DNA of 58,087 bases, the filler included, from Sphacelaria rigidula (Eukaryota): assembly GCA_964200075.2 (NCBI GenBank). It is 7 parts of 7 records of this genome, joined end to end, with 100 filler letters (N's around TTAATTAATTAA, not from the genome) between each part and the next. Parts side by side here need not be neighbours in the genome. Positions count along the whole stretch, not along the records: positions 16,627 to 24,839 come from CAXNAA020011899.1; positions 24,940 to 33,151 come from CAXNAA020011900.1; positions 33,252 to 41,463 come from CAXNAA020011901.1; 4 more parts are not named here. One strand, 5' to 3'. Below the pieces are notes generated by a model that was not told the origin of the DNA, did no database searches, and saw only the letters and a list, made by a program, of their open reading frames with translations. Position 1 is the first letter of the stretch. Every line of letters starts with the position of its first letter. Shown here piece by piece: positions 22,897 through 35,010 of the stretch. The position numbers and the translations under genes are program-made.

Positions 22897-23933
22897 TCCT
22901 TTATGGACCGGATCCCCACTAACACAGGGTTGACCCTGTGTTGGAATAATAATTAACAAGTCTTCGGGCGACCTACCCCATCACAGCGAGGCGAAATTTA
23001 TCGACCAGACCCGAACGACCAGTGCTGGGATTGTTGTCGGATGTGACGCCACTGCAAAGATCGTATGGGGCCCCATCCCTTGCCCAGATAAGCCTTCCCA
23101 GGTTTCCAAGTGCAGGGCGGTCGCAGTTTGCTTAATGGTATTACTTGCACTCAGTATACCGCTCCCGAGTTTTTCCGGAGCGTTTTTTGGGTCCCAAATC
23201 TATACTGAAACGTAGTAATTTACGCTAACACAGGGTGGGCCGGAAAAAACCGGGAAGGAGTGTACATGCTACCATGTGGCCATTTTCACCTCGCCCTAAA
23301 ACCAGGTGGGCTGTGGAAAGACAAAATGATCTACTGTCATGAGTTCTGCTTATCCCTCTGGCGATGACTTGCAGGGTGCAGTGAACAACTACGTATTGGA
23401 TGGGGATCAAGAAGCTGTATATAAGCAGTTGATCACGGTAGCCGAAAACTGCCCAGAACGTGCAAGGGTGTATGCAGCGGCAGCTGCTGCTTCAGTCGGA
23501 GAGGGGTACTACACTGTGCTGTATACTACAGTTGTATGAATGAGCGCCGCGACGCTGATTTCCTACGAAGAGAATTTGCCGCATGCAACAAGGGGGGAAA
23601 TGGCGGCCCACCCCGACAACAAAGGGCTGTGTGGCAAGATGATGGGGACAATAGTATCATCCAAAGCCACAATTGGCGGGCGGCCCGCCGGTCGCCGCAT
23701 CCTGTTGGAAGCTAGGTCTTCATCACGACTCATACTGCTTGCTACATCAGATGTACACCACCTAATGCGTACCCTGCACCTGAAAATAGTTCGGATGAAA
23801 CTTTCGGTCTTCGTCATGACCCTGCGGTTACATACGCGAATTTTCAGCAACACGGCACTGTTTTGTGCAGACGCCACAGACGTCATTCCTGACCAGCCTA
23901 CTTGGTTGTTCTGGAGGCCCGGTCCCAAAAGGG
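22897..23933. mobile_element. piggyBac-like non-autonomous element, copy 1
   Basis: TCAA on both flanks; termini TCCTTTATGGACCG and CGGTCCCAAAAGGG; colinear over ~1 kb with 36746-37790. Confidence 0.8.
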
Positions 23934-24699
23934 TCAAGACAACGCACTCGTCCCGAGGAAGGAGGGGGGTTCAAAGTCCGACAAATGAAGGAAAAATAAT
24001 CATAACTTGTGTAATAACATGGAAAGCCTAGCAGACAGTAGAACGGAGCGTCCAGGAGGATGCAAGAAGAGAGGCTTGGTTCCCCCTCGACAGGTCAGCA
24101 AGCGAGTCCTTCCAAGATGGCATGATCAGCCCAGTCTCGTATTCGGGCGAACATCGGCGCCGACTCGCCAAAGCAACCATTTTTCGTACATATATTCCCG
24201 CCACCCATATGACGCGGCCTTTGTACTACCATGGGAAAAGCGTCTCCGTTGTGGAGAGTAACGGTTCAACATATCCGGACCAGTCTACCCCTCAATTTAC
24301 CCGCGCCACATCATCCCACATGCCAACCAGCTACTTTCTTTGGGCCACGAAGGGTCCCATTAGCTCGCGCTCTTTCCCGCAAGTACAATACCGGAGTACT
24401 AGTTCACCAATAACCCACTCGTTCTACAACGTCATCCACCACCACGCTCTTCTCATGAACGCCACCGTCAATGTCGGGGTGACGCGGGCCTCCGTCGACA
24501 AACAAAAAAATTGGCCGGAACGGCAGAGCCCCTCGTGGACAGCTCGCCCTCCTCGTCGAGCAGGATATCGAACTCGTCGCCAGAAAAAATGTGTGCGAGT
24601 TCGCCAGATCTTCAGAGAGGAGGAAAAAATATGAGGCACGACGGAACAGAACATGCACGTGTACATCGGGCAAAGTAGCAGGTTGTGTGTTGAGTGGGC

Positions 24700-24815
24700 A
24701 CGATCAATCTCGAGTCCGGAGTCAGTTGGCGCGGAGTGTGGCACCAGTCTACACCTTTCGGTATATGTGGGCGCACCAGCCGGGGTCACACAGGAGGAAG
24801 GTCAAGACAGGAGCT
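24700..24815 (-). mobile_element. SINE family 1 3' fragment
   Basis: CCAGTCTACACCTTTCG.TATATGTGGGCGCA.CAGCCGGG.TCA.ACAGGAGGAAG matches 27428-27483. Confidence 0.75.
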
Positions 24816-24839
24816 TTTTATTTTTATTTATTTTCGACA

Positions 24840-24939
24840 NNNNNNNNNNNNNNNNNNNNNNNNNNNNNNNNNNNNNNNNNNNNTTAATTAATTAANNNNN
24901 NNNNNNNNNNNNNNNNNNNNNNNNNNNNNNNNNNNNNNN
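24840..24939. other. Artificial contig linker
   Basis: N44-TTAATTAATTAA-N44. Confidence 0.97.
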
Positions 24940-26119
24940 TTGATTTGTTTGTTTTTTTTTGTTTGGCGGGCCTGGTGTTTCTTTCCCCCCCCCCCCCCCC
25001 CCCTTCCCTTTCCCTTTCTCGACCTTGGAGAAATATCAACACTCTCGTCCAAAACAAATATAGAAGCAGTATTAAGGTCCCAGTAAGCAGCTGCACTGAC
25101 TGCAGGAGTGATTTAACGTAGGAAGATATTCCAGAAATGAACACATCTTTTCCTACAACCTTTCACTTGGGTGCGGGGTGATCTTTAGGCACCTCCAGAA
25201 CTTAGCCACATCACTGTTTTGTGTATTTACTACGTCAGTTTAATTGTTCTGACCTGTGGTCAAATCATGTCCATATCTCGAAAATAGTGTACATTCTTGC
25301 CTCGAGTCTAGCAACAGACTCTCTAAATGTCAACCGACTTCAGTCTCCGAGGGCTGACTACGTCTGGCAGCTTCATTACACGTGAGAAACCAGGGTAAGG
25401 TGCAATTTTCACCTGTGTGCCGCCCTCTGGCATGGGTTGGAGTATTTCGTGGAGTGAGTCTGCTACGGCAAGTTCGAGAGTTTCTCCCAAACCCGTCCGG
25501 CACATCCGTAACCATCTTCATGTACACATAGGATGGCACGTGGTGTAAGTCAGGGGGGTAGGTATGAGCCAGGGCACCACTTCCTGCCTTTCAAAACCTT
25601 GGGGGCTGGCTACTCAGCTGGTGATGTCAGTTTTGCGCTCACGATCGAAAGCTGCGGCAAGGTGCATTTGTTCTCAGCCCCTGAGCAAATAACGTAATGG
25701 TATCCCTTGGCTGTTGAGACCCTCGCCGGAACGAAGCCTACTATACTAGTCAGTCGCTCGACCCTAATTGCTTCATTTTCCCCCTGCTCGAGACCATGCT
25801 TGGTTCTGACCGCTTCGTTAGGTATATCTTGGCGAAATTCTCCGCTCTCAGCATCACTTTAGCTGTCCCCCAATACTGCAAATTGTGAAACCAGTATGCT
25901 ACCGCTCCACTCCCCCTCCGTCAGATGAGTTAGATTTAGATCTTCTCAAATAAACCAGCTCTGGGCTCTCGTGTGACGTACCGTTCCGAACGTACGTCTC
26001 CTTCTCGCCAACAACCTTCTGTCACCAGCATCCCATGAGCTCACGTTTTAACGGAGGTTGCCATGAGGCGGAAATAGTGGCAGATGTGATTCTCTCGGTA
26101 TACGACGGCGCTTGCAAAC

Positions 26120-29100
26120 ATGTCGAAGGTTGCCGCCGGAGCGGTTGAGTCGATGAAGTCGAAGGACGGAGAAAGCCAAGACATGGCGTCGCCCGTGACT
26201 GTGGCCCCCGCGGAGGGCACAACTATGTCGGCACGCAGCGATGAAGAAGTCGAGCGCAAGGATGACGACACCAAAGAAGGGAAATATGACGGTCAAATAA
26301 GGCAAAAGGTACACCTTCACGGGGCTGTACTTTTGCGATTGTACTGTATGAAATGTGGTTGTGAGGTAGAGTGCATATCGCTTGTACACAACAGTAGATG
26401 CGTTGAACTTTAATCGATGTGCGCCTGGTGTTCTCTACTATCAGTCGCATCTTCGTGGGTGGCTCATCTCCATAAAAAAATTGCAGTCATCGGGCATATC
26501 TATGTTCGCTTGCACTTCCCTCGTTGCCCGACACCGTACCCGTTATCACTCAAACGCACCTGATACTTGAACGTGTCTTGGCGAATTGTATAACTGAAAG
26601 ACAAAAGCGAATGGCCGTCCAACCAGCAGGTCAAAGAAGTGAAACGGAAGAGGAAAACCAGCATAAAATCGTCCTTCCTTGGACAGTCCGAGTGCGACCA
26701 CAGCTTACCGGGCGGTGAAGATCAAAGTCGGGTGGGCCACCTCACGGTATATGGGGGGGGAGCGTAACTCGTTGCCCAGAACAACGAACGGGTTTGACGG
26801 CTGTGATCTACAGTAAAATACTTCGTTAAGTGAGTTGTTGCGAGGAGAAGCGTCGTCGAGCTACCGGCACGTAACTGGGTATCGATGTACAGTTGTAAAA
26901 CCCGTTCGAAGCTTTTGTTTTACTGCCTCAGAGCAACATCTCAACTTGGCTGTTCTCGGCTATTCGCCTCGTCGAAACGCCCCTGTTCCCTCCCATTGAG
27001 GGATGTCTCAGTTGCATAGTGGCACTACAGTGACGGCGACTCCGAGAGCGCCACTGAGTGTCGAACAAAGGCGGGAGATGAAAACGCGGGCGCGAGAAGC
27101 TAGAGTCCACGCGCTTGACCGCAAGAAGGAAAAAGCCCACCGTGATGCGAGACTGGCGGAAATGGACAGAGAGGATCAGACCAAAATGTTTTTCCGCGAG
27201 GTATGTGACTAACCTCGGTGGTGAAAAGCTGTTTAAGATTTGCGGGGGTGAATTCTTGTCTTGGTACTTCAGCATACTTCTGGTTGGGAGGTTGAGTGTG
27301 CGTTCGTGCGTGCGTGGAGTATTCTAAGTAGGCTCTGTTCGTAGTCTCCTCCCGGAGGTTTGTCGTGCTCCGATATATATATATATACATATATATGTGT
27401 GTGTTGTCATCCCATCTATTCTGAGCGCCAGTCTACACCTTTCGTATATGTGGGCGCATCAGCCGGGATCATACAGGAGGAAGACCAACACGGGAGTTTT
27501 TTTTCCTTTTTTAATGCTGTTTTAGTACTCCACCTTCCTTCTGCGGCGGTTGTGTTATTTCTTATGGCGAGGGGGGTCCAGTAGTCCCTTTCCATCGTCG
27601 ACCGTGAAGTCAATTATTTCGTGTAACCACGACATCGTCGCTCTCCACTGTTGGGCATTGTGTAAGAAGAGATCCCAGATAGTGTGACTGCACAGAGATT
27701 CGAACCCACGACCCAACCGTCAGAAGGTTTCGAGGTTACCAACTGAGCCACCGGGGAGACCGGCGTCTATTATACACACACATAAATATACACACATATA
27801 CATAGTACCCACTATTCTGGCGTGGGGACGAAATCAATCATGATGTCCAATGGGTAGTGCTCATTTTTAAGCCGCCGCGCCCCGGTGGTGTAATGGTCCG
27901 ACTGTCGCCATTAAAGTAGAGAGAACGGGGGTTCAATCCCCGATGCGTTGGGTTTTTTCTTCGTAATGTATGNNNNNNNNNNGAACGTGAGTAAACAAAG
28001 TAGTCGACTGGTTTTGTGTGACGTGAGTTGACGCGGTGCGAGAGTGCTGACCCAACCCGCGAGACCAAAATGAAAGGCACGTACCGGGGGAGAGATGGGT
28101 CGATCCCTTGAGACGACGAACTCATCCCGAGGAAGGGGAGGGGTTCCAAGTGTGAGGAATACATATACATATATATATATATAATGAAAGCAAGAGTCAT
28201 TCGGTCGCCGACCTTGGTGGGGAAAATAGTTGTGTTGATGACGGGTTTTCAGATACAGCATGTGAGCGGATGTCATCAAGGCAGCTGAGAAGGCTTTGGG
28301 CCCACATTCCTGCTATTGTAACGGGAGCACACCGTTCTAGCGAACACCGTGTGCGGTGTGATGTCTCCACCGAGAGGAATGAGAGTTGCGCCTGAAATCG
28401 CAGTAAAATGGCCTACCATTCGCCCCGCCGTTTTGATGTTGCTATTGCACCACCTGTGATATGCCATACAGACACCTATGGCCATACGCTCCCCCCTTGA
28501 TCACACACAAACGTGTGCCTTCGTTGCACACGCTAAACTCGACATTTGACACTTTTTACGATATCCCCCCCCCCCCCTCCCGCAAAAAAGTGCCTGGTTT
28601 CGGGAGGAAAAATCTGCACATAAATCGAAATCGAAAAAGCCGAACACAACGAGCAGCTGGGAATTCCCATGCTTGGTGTTCGTTCTCGCCAATGTCGCCC
28701 ATATGAGGCGCTTCATGCAGCCTGAACCCGAACATCAGGGGCTGTATGACCATTTTTTTCGTGACACTTTTGGGCTGTTTTTTTTGGGGGGGGGTATCGT
28801 AGAAAGTGTCATTTTCTAGTTACCTCTACTCTGCCGCCTTCCCCCGGATTGTCAGTGACAATATCAGCACTACTTGTGGCCAAACGTAACCCCGTCGACG
28901 TGTACCAGAATCTCCATGAAGTAGCACTCAGCACACCACACACGTACCGTAGGCCATTTCTCGAGCGCACAACAGCGCGCTCAGATAGTTGTCGCCACCT
29001 CTCTGTTCTTCAATGTTTCCGCATCGATGTTGAGTTTGCAAATACTATTGTTCTGCCTGAACGTGAACGTCCGCCATCATTTCACGCAACTCGCATTAGT

Positions 29101-32100
29101 CAAGCACGCTTACAAATAAACAAGCACGACAGCATATGCAATGTGGTTCCAGGCGATGGACCCACTGAGAATATCCGCTCAAGACGACTACCACCATGTG
29201 CTCGCGGGAAACGGTGGCCCCGCTGATGACAGCCTCGCGCGGTTGAGTGCTCCGCTGCCGCACCTCACACCACATCCGGGACGCCACCCCACCCACGACG
29301 TTCACCAGGTATGTTTTTGATGAAAGCGTTGTGGGAGAACCTCGTGTACCAGTCGGAGGCAGGCATAGGAGTAGTCGAAGAGCGTGCTATTAAAAACAAG
29401 ACGATGCGACAAGAAAGGCTGTCAGATTCTTCCTTTCTCGTGCCGCAGAGGAAAAGAAGATGACCGATTTGCCTTCGCAGACAGCATACTATAGAGAAAC
29501 GTCAACCACGGTGACATATGAATTCCCTCGAGGGGTGTCTTTACAGGGAAAGTAATGTCAGCTCCAGAATGAGAACGCAGCGATACGCGAATACTCTGTG
29601 TGTCCTGGTTGCAAAATCTTTGGGCAGGGAGGTCCTGTGCATGCTGTTATTGATTCTACGGCGTCCTCGCTTGCTCCCCTTGTCCAAGGCAGTTCAGCGT
29701 AGCATTCCCGTCCGGAGTAAGGCGCGCCTCGATGCTAACCACGTCGCTGGAACTGCGGCTGGGGCCCAAGCTCCCGGCAGAGAAGGTCTCAAAAGCTGTC
29801 GCTGCCGACGACAGCGCGGAAGATTATGACGGTCCACGCAACAGTGCAGACGAGACCATCGGAGGTTTGGCGCTGGCCAGGTAACAATGGAAGCGATCCA
29901 GGGGGATTTGAAGTCCACCTGGTCCAGACCTTGGGCCTGTCTTTTTGCTGGTTATGGAGGATTGATTCACTGTCATAGCAGAAACGGGCGCGGTTCAAGT
30001 GGACACGGGTCGTTTGAAGATACATTTTGCCCATTCGTAGACGAAACTATTCGCTTAATGTCGACGAGCCACGAGATGGTGGTTATCATCCAATGCGCGA
30101 TAGTAAAATGCTAGGTGAAGACCGGCACGGAGGTCAGTAGATCCTCCGAAACGGCCGGCTCGCCCCGAGGGGGAGGGGGGGGCGGGGCGTACTCATTTGT
30201 TGCTTGCCTTAGTCATTTGACCATTGACCACGCATCCCTTTCGAGACGGAGCACCGTTCCTACTTCTAGTAGAGACACCTCCAACCTTCGGGCGCTCATT
30301 ACATCTCTCCCATGCATTAGACAGGACCATTTCGCATTTCTCATCCCGTTTCTGTCTCGCCGTCTCTGGCCACCATCTATTCCCTACTATATCGATCGTT
30401 TTCTCGCTATTTTCTAAAGAACCACACGATTCCTACGTCGCATTCGTTCAATCCCCTCATCTCCTCCCCTGACGCGTCCCGTTTCTCCTTGTATAGTGTA
30501 CATTCTCCCACTATATGATCTCTGTTCTCGGTTGGAGGGGGCGAGGGGAGGGGTCAAGATCATAACAACAAGAAACGGACAGACGAGGGTTTCGGAAAAC
30601 GCCTTTTTATTATTTCAGAGTGAGTGCAAATATCTCAGGATCAGAGTGTAACGAAAACTTACTTTCCCCTCCGTCAAATGTGACATCCCCTTAACGTTAT
30701 TTCGATGAGTTTTTACGAAATATTCTGTGCTCTGATCCTGAGATACTTGCACTCTGAAATGACAAAAAAGCGTTTTCAGAAACTCTCTAATGGCCTTCTT
30801 GTGCTCACAGTACACCTGGCCGAGATGCGGCCCGTGTTCGCAAACGAAACGAGAGAAAGGCGTCGGTTGCATCAAGCAACTCATGAACTCAATTTTCTGC
30901 AGCGGACCTTGTAGTTATCACACGTTATCCGAGGGATTCCTTGCGGGACTTTGGCAAATGATTCCTTGCTTGTCTTTCAATATTTCGCCAGCACTGAACG
31001 GCTGGACCTCAGGTGCCACACACACTGTCTACGGAACCGTGCTTGCAGGTTACAGGCCCTTTATTTTGCGACGGTATTTTCAGAGGGTAACAAAATGGTG
31101 TTGAAGAGTGGTGTTCCCAATGCACTCAACTACCCTGTCGAAAGGACACCTCCAGACGCCGCCGAAAAGTCAGGTGTAAGTTGTTGTTTGCATGTGAGGG
31201 ACCGATCTCGCGGATGATGGCCGAAACAGGGAGAGCAATTTGATGCAAGTTGCTGTTTGCGTGGGGGGACACTGACCTTGCGGATGATGACAAGAACATG
31301 GGAAGCCCATCCGTGAGAACGGAAGATCAATCCGAGATGGATACATGATGTTCGATCGACAGACATCCTTTCACGGTACCGAAAAACGCATGTAGCCCCG
31401 GACAGCACACTTGACGTAGGAAATGCTTTCCCAGGAAGATAAGTTGTACCAGCTCATGAAAGAAGTGTACGGCGCATTTTCCCGCCCATCTTTCCCGATA
31501 ACATGATGCTTCACGTTCCGATTGTTGAAAGTCACGGCCGAAGTTTCCTTTTCGAGAATGTTTCGATCAACGAAGAATGATCGACTTCCTTCCGGCAGGT
31601 CGGTCCCAGGTGAAAATGATGTATCGTCGGAATAAATATGGTCGTGGCCGCGTTTTTATTGACTCACACCCGGGGCCTAAGTGAAAAGTTGTGCTATCTC
31701 ACCCCACAATGTGAGCGTTTCAATGCGTGCCTCATTAAGTGGGACTTGTAAGCCGAACAGAGAATATTGGCAGTTTACCTTTGCCCGGAAATTTATGGCG
31801 TTGCTTCCGAGGCGTTGGAAGTGAACAGGGGTATTTTCAGCGTTTAAATGCACGCCTCAACATGCTTTTCATCTTCGCGTTGTGTGGAGATTTCACCTTG
31901 CAAGGATTGACAGGATCCGTCGCTTGACCCACGAGTGGTTGCGCACACCCGCGCCCCAAACTATTTTGATCGCACGGCGAAACAACAGGTGTCGTGTTTG
32001 CGCTGCAGAGATACCGACTGGGCAGCTTCAGCAACACATGCTGTCTACATGCCGGCTGCTCCCGTGTCCCCTGTGCCGGCGTCTTGTGCTTCCTGCGAAT

Positions 32101-32121
32101 CTCGAATTGCATCTCGAAGAG
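26120..32121 (+). CDS. Hypothetical protein with a TRAF-like zinc-finger segment, 3'-partial
   Basis: Phase-compatible GT-AG exons 26120-26308, 26630-26731, 27012-27200, 29153-29308, 29693-29880 and 31989-32121. The last gives ...LAR|CRVCAAEIPTGQLQQHMLSTCRLLPCPLCRRLVLPANLELHLEE. Confidence 0.55.
27385..27764 (-). mobile_element. tRNA-derived SINE (family 1), full length
   Basis: Head with A box TGGCTCAGTTGG and B box GGTTCGAATC; ~380-bp body; (CA)/(TA) tail. Confidence 0.85.
27871..28183 (+). mobile_element. tRNA-derived SINE (family 2)
   Basis: A box TGGTGTAATGG, B box GGTTCAATCC, (TA)n tail; contains an internal 10-N gap. Confidence 0.75.
28548..28810. mobile_element. MITE with 4-bp ATTT TSD (Sola1-like)
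   Basis: TIR GACACTTTTTACGATATCCCCC versus reverse-complemented right end GACACTTTCTACGATACCCCCC; ATTT at 28544-28547 and 28811-28814. Confidence 0.8.
30167..30425 (-). mobile_element. LINE 3' end (family B) with poly(C) tail
   Basis: G-run + CGTACTCATTTGTTGCTTGCCTTAGTC...; encodes ..NRWWPETARQK..RNGAPSRKGCVVNGQMTKASNK*. Confidence 0.8.
30585..30787. mobile_element. MITE with ~65-bp TIRs (GAG...CTC termini)
   Basis: GAGGGTTTCGGAAAACGC..TTTCAGAGTG..ATCTCAGGATCAGAG is inverted at 30731-30787; no TSD seen. Confidence 0.75.
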
Positions 32122-32364
32122 GTCAGTGATATCAGCTGTACAAGGGAGGGGGGAGACGGAGGAAGGGTTGGCGAGACAAATGTACAAGCAAATTTCGACC
32201 GTAGACACATCTGGAACAAACAACGCGCGCTCGACATCGCGTATGTTGCGTGTGTATAAGTAAACCCGGAGTACATCTATGCATTCAATATTTGGAAAGC
32301 GATGCAAGAAGTGGCTGTACAACCTTGCCGCTCCGTTGTTCATGACCGACTACTCAAGTACGAG

Positions 32365-32855
32365 AATGCGCCGGCATTTCTGTTTGAAACAGCCGATCAT
32401 CGAAAGTGAGGATGAAGTTTTTCGTTGAGGATGAGAACTCGGAGAATTGAAGTCTTTGTATCCACACCAAATTTTCGAAATATTTTCCCATTCCTTCACC
32501 TACTGGTAACTATTGACAACTGCCGCACGCCCTGCAACTTTCGATTTTGATAACCGAAATGCTGGGGTCCTAGGCGGAAAGCCAATTCTGGGGGATTTCG
32601 GCGATCCGATCGGATCAACTAAATTTTCCTCAAATGATTCTTCGCCTAGGACCCCAACATTTCGGTTATGGAAATCCAAACTTGTAGTGCGTGTAGCAGT
32701 TGTCAACATCTACTAGTAGGTGAAGGAATGGAACCAGTTTTTGAACATTTGGTGTGGATACGAAGATTTTAATCCTGCGGGTTCTCATCCTCGATAATAA
32801 GCTCCATCCTCAATTTCAATGATCGGCTGTTTTGATGAGAAATAGGTAGGAATTC
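32365..32855. repeat. ~490-bp spacer-less imperfect palindrome (foldback element)
   Basis: Centre GATCCGATCGGATC (32603-32616); symmetric blocks such as AAACAGCCGATCAT (32387) and ATGATCGGCTGTTT (32819). Confidence 0.9.
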
Positions 32856-33151
32856 ATCTTCAACCATGGTACGTAACAGTCCCACCTCCTTTATTTATTT
32901 CACACTGGTTTCAAAATTCAGCGATAAGCTCACCCTGAATATTGTCTTGAAAACTTGCTGCCGAGCTAGAACCGTATGCTGCCGCCCCCCACCCCCACAG
33001 CCGTATACAATATTTCTTCTCTCAGCCCGAGCCCCCCGAGCCCCACCTCTTCCTTGACCTGTCGTTCGAAATCTTACAAGGAGTTGCACAAGGATATACG
33101 TTATCACCCGCTTCGTTCAAGATATTTATCAATTACTTGATAATAGCAATA

Positions 33152-33251
33152 NNNNNNNNNNNNNNNNNNNNNNNNNNNNNNNNNNNNNNNNNNNNTTAAT
33201 TAATTAANNNNNNNNNNNNNNNNNNNNNNNNNNNNNNNNNNNNNNNNNNNN
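33152..33251. other. Artificial contig linker
   Basis: N44-TTAATTAATTAA-N44. Confidence 0.97.
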
Positions 33252-33381
33252 TTGTTCGGCCCGAAGCCTACTAATTTATCTTGCATTTGGATGACAGCCT
33301 ACAATAAGTTGCTTTATTTTTTGGTATAGCCACTTCCAGAGACAGCAACGGCTTATACACTGCCTCGTGGGTGTGTCACCA
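33252..33381 (-). mobile_element. Family A fragment
   Basis: TTGTTCGGCCCGAAG..TTATCTTGCATTTGGATGACAGCC..CACTGCCTCGTGGGTGT then a G-rich tract. Confidence 0.75.
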
Positions 33382-34135
33382 TTGCCGCTTCGGGGAGGGC
33401 GGGGGGGAAGGGGGGCGAGAAAAAAACAAAGGAGGTCATTCAGGTATGCCGTGCACCCAAACACACACGGTTGAGAGATAAAGAGAAAAAGCTCGAGAGG
33501 GCCAGCAACACTCTCACAGCCCTTGGCTCATGTGGACCCATGCAAGACCTGGAGTCATCGATAGTGTATGTGTGTCTTCACGTACTTCTACGGTGATATC
33601 ACATACTGGAACCGAGTAGTTTGCCGAACAACACCCCGATCAGGACCATTCCTTGTAGTCTCGTAGTTCACACTACTACATCCACGCCTCTGCTCGGGGG
33701 AAAGTGATGTAAGGTCCCCTTAGGCGTGAGCTTTCGCAAGATATAACACACAGATATACATGTTTATTTTTTTCATTACATTTTCGCCAATAAAATGAAA
33801 AAAATCCAGGACTCAAGTTACTCTTCTTCTCAGAGGATCCAGACCCCGAATGGTATGGCTGTATACATCGTTCGGGGTGTCACGTAGACTGTAATATGGA
33901 CGCTATCTCCGTTCGGTATAGGAATTGCTGGACATGGGATTTAATACACGAGAAACAATCGGCCCAGACGTTTGAGCACATGGACACCTTCGTCTTGATC
34001 AGACGATTAATACGGTATGCGGGTCACGGCCCAACTCGTCTGTGTCGATAAGATATTGATTTGAGAGCTTAAATCCGCATCTAGGCCGGCCCAGCTCGCA
34101 AGGCAAGTAACAAATGACCGCCGCGGGCACCAGTA

Positions 34136-34455
34136 GACCTAGAGTTTTGGTCATATATCTGTGGTTGACAACATGACTACTTGATTTTAGACTTGAGAAA
34201 GTTCTGAGAACATTTATGGTTCGGGGCAGGTGAGCAATGAACCCAGGTCGTCCAGAACGCGATTTTGTCGAAATCGGCGCCTGCGGCGTCAATTTGAGGT
34301 CTGCCAGCGCACACTTTGCCCAGGGGAACATATGCATCCACCTTGCCCGAGGGTCTCGTACGCCTTGGGTCGGAGTTAGGGTTAGGGTTAGGGTTGGCGT
34401 TTTTGTTAGTTGTTCGAAGAAACCAACCACAGATATACGACCAAAACTCTAGGTC
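34136..34455. mobile_element. Inverted-repeat element carrying (TTAGGG)3
   Basis: 32-bp IR GACCTAGAGTTTTGGTC(A/G)TATATCTGTGGTTG (31/32); TTAGGG x3 at 34376-34393. Confidence 0.8.
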
Positions 34456-34459
34456 ACCT

Positions 34460-35010
34460 CGCGGGCACAGATAGGCAAGATGGGCGTGGTCCTAAGATAT
34501 TCACACCTAAATACTACCAGTAGGATTTAGATATGGAGTATGATGAACGCGATTCTACCAAAGCTGGAATATGCAGGAGAAGTATGAGAGGGAAACGCGA
34601 AGTTGGTGAAGAAGCTGGAAACAGTACAGATGACAGCAGCTAAAAAAATGCTTGGGCACTCAGAAACGACGAGTAATACAGCATTGAGAGCAGTGTTGGG
34701 ATGTCACCCACTCGAAAAAATTAGAGACATGTGAAAATTGAAAGGGCAGTATAGCGCAAGGAGCATGCCACGAAAGAATGGGCAGCCATCGTTGATAAGG
34801 CCGTATGGAAGAAAGTGACGGAGGGGCACGCTGGAAAAAGGTGAGATGGAATAGTCGAAATAGTATAAAAGGAGACAAGCGGAAACCAAGACGAGATTAT
34901 GTCCGTAGGTGAATGTGGGGGGTACAAAACAAAAGTAAGGGACGTGATAAAAATAAGGGGAAAATGAGCGCTAAGACGGAAAGTAGACGAGGAATAGAGG
35001 GGATACAGGT
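34460..35010 (+). mobile_element. Degenerate LINE ORF2 fragment (post-RT region)
   Basis: MNAILPKLEYAGEV*EGNAKLVKKLETVQMTAAKKMLGHSETTSNTALRAVLGCHPL, with stops and frameshifts. Confidence 0.85.

Noticed and set aside
25020-25860. Possible minus-strand exons divergent from 26120
   Set aside because: Some protein-like stretches, but no consistent start or phase chain could be built.
27690-27945. tRNA genes
   Set aside because: A and B boxes are present but there is no proper acceptor stem, and both continue into repeated bodies with simple-repeat tails. They are SINE heads.
31837-32343. 168-aa minus-strand ORF
   Set aside because: No motifs; it is the antisense of the better-supported plus-strand zinc-finger exon.
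34376-34393. Chromosome end
   Set aside because: Only three TTAGGG units, internal to an inverted-repeat element.
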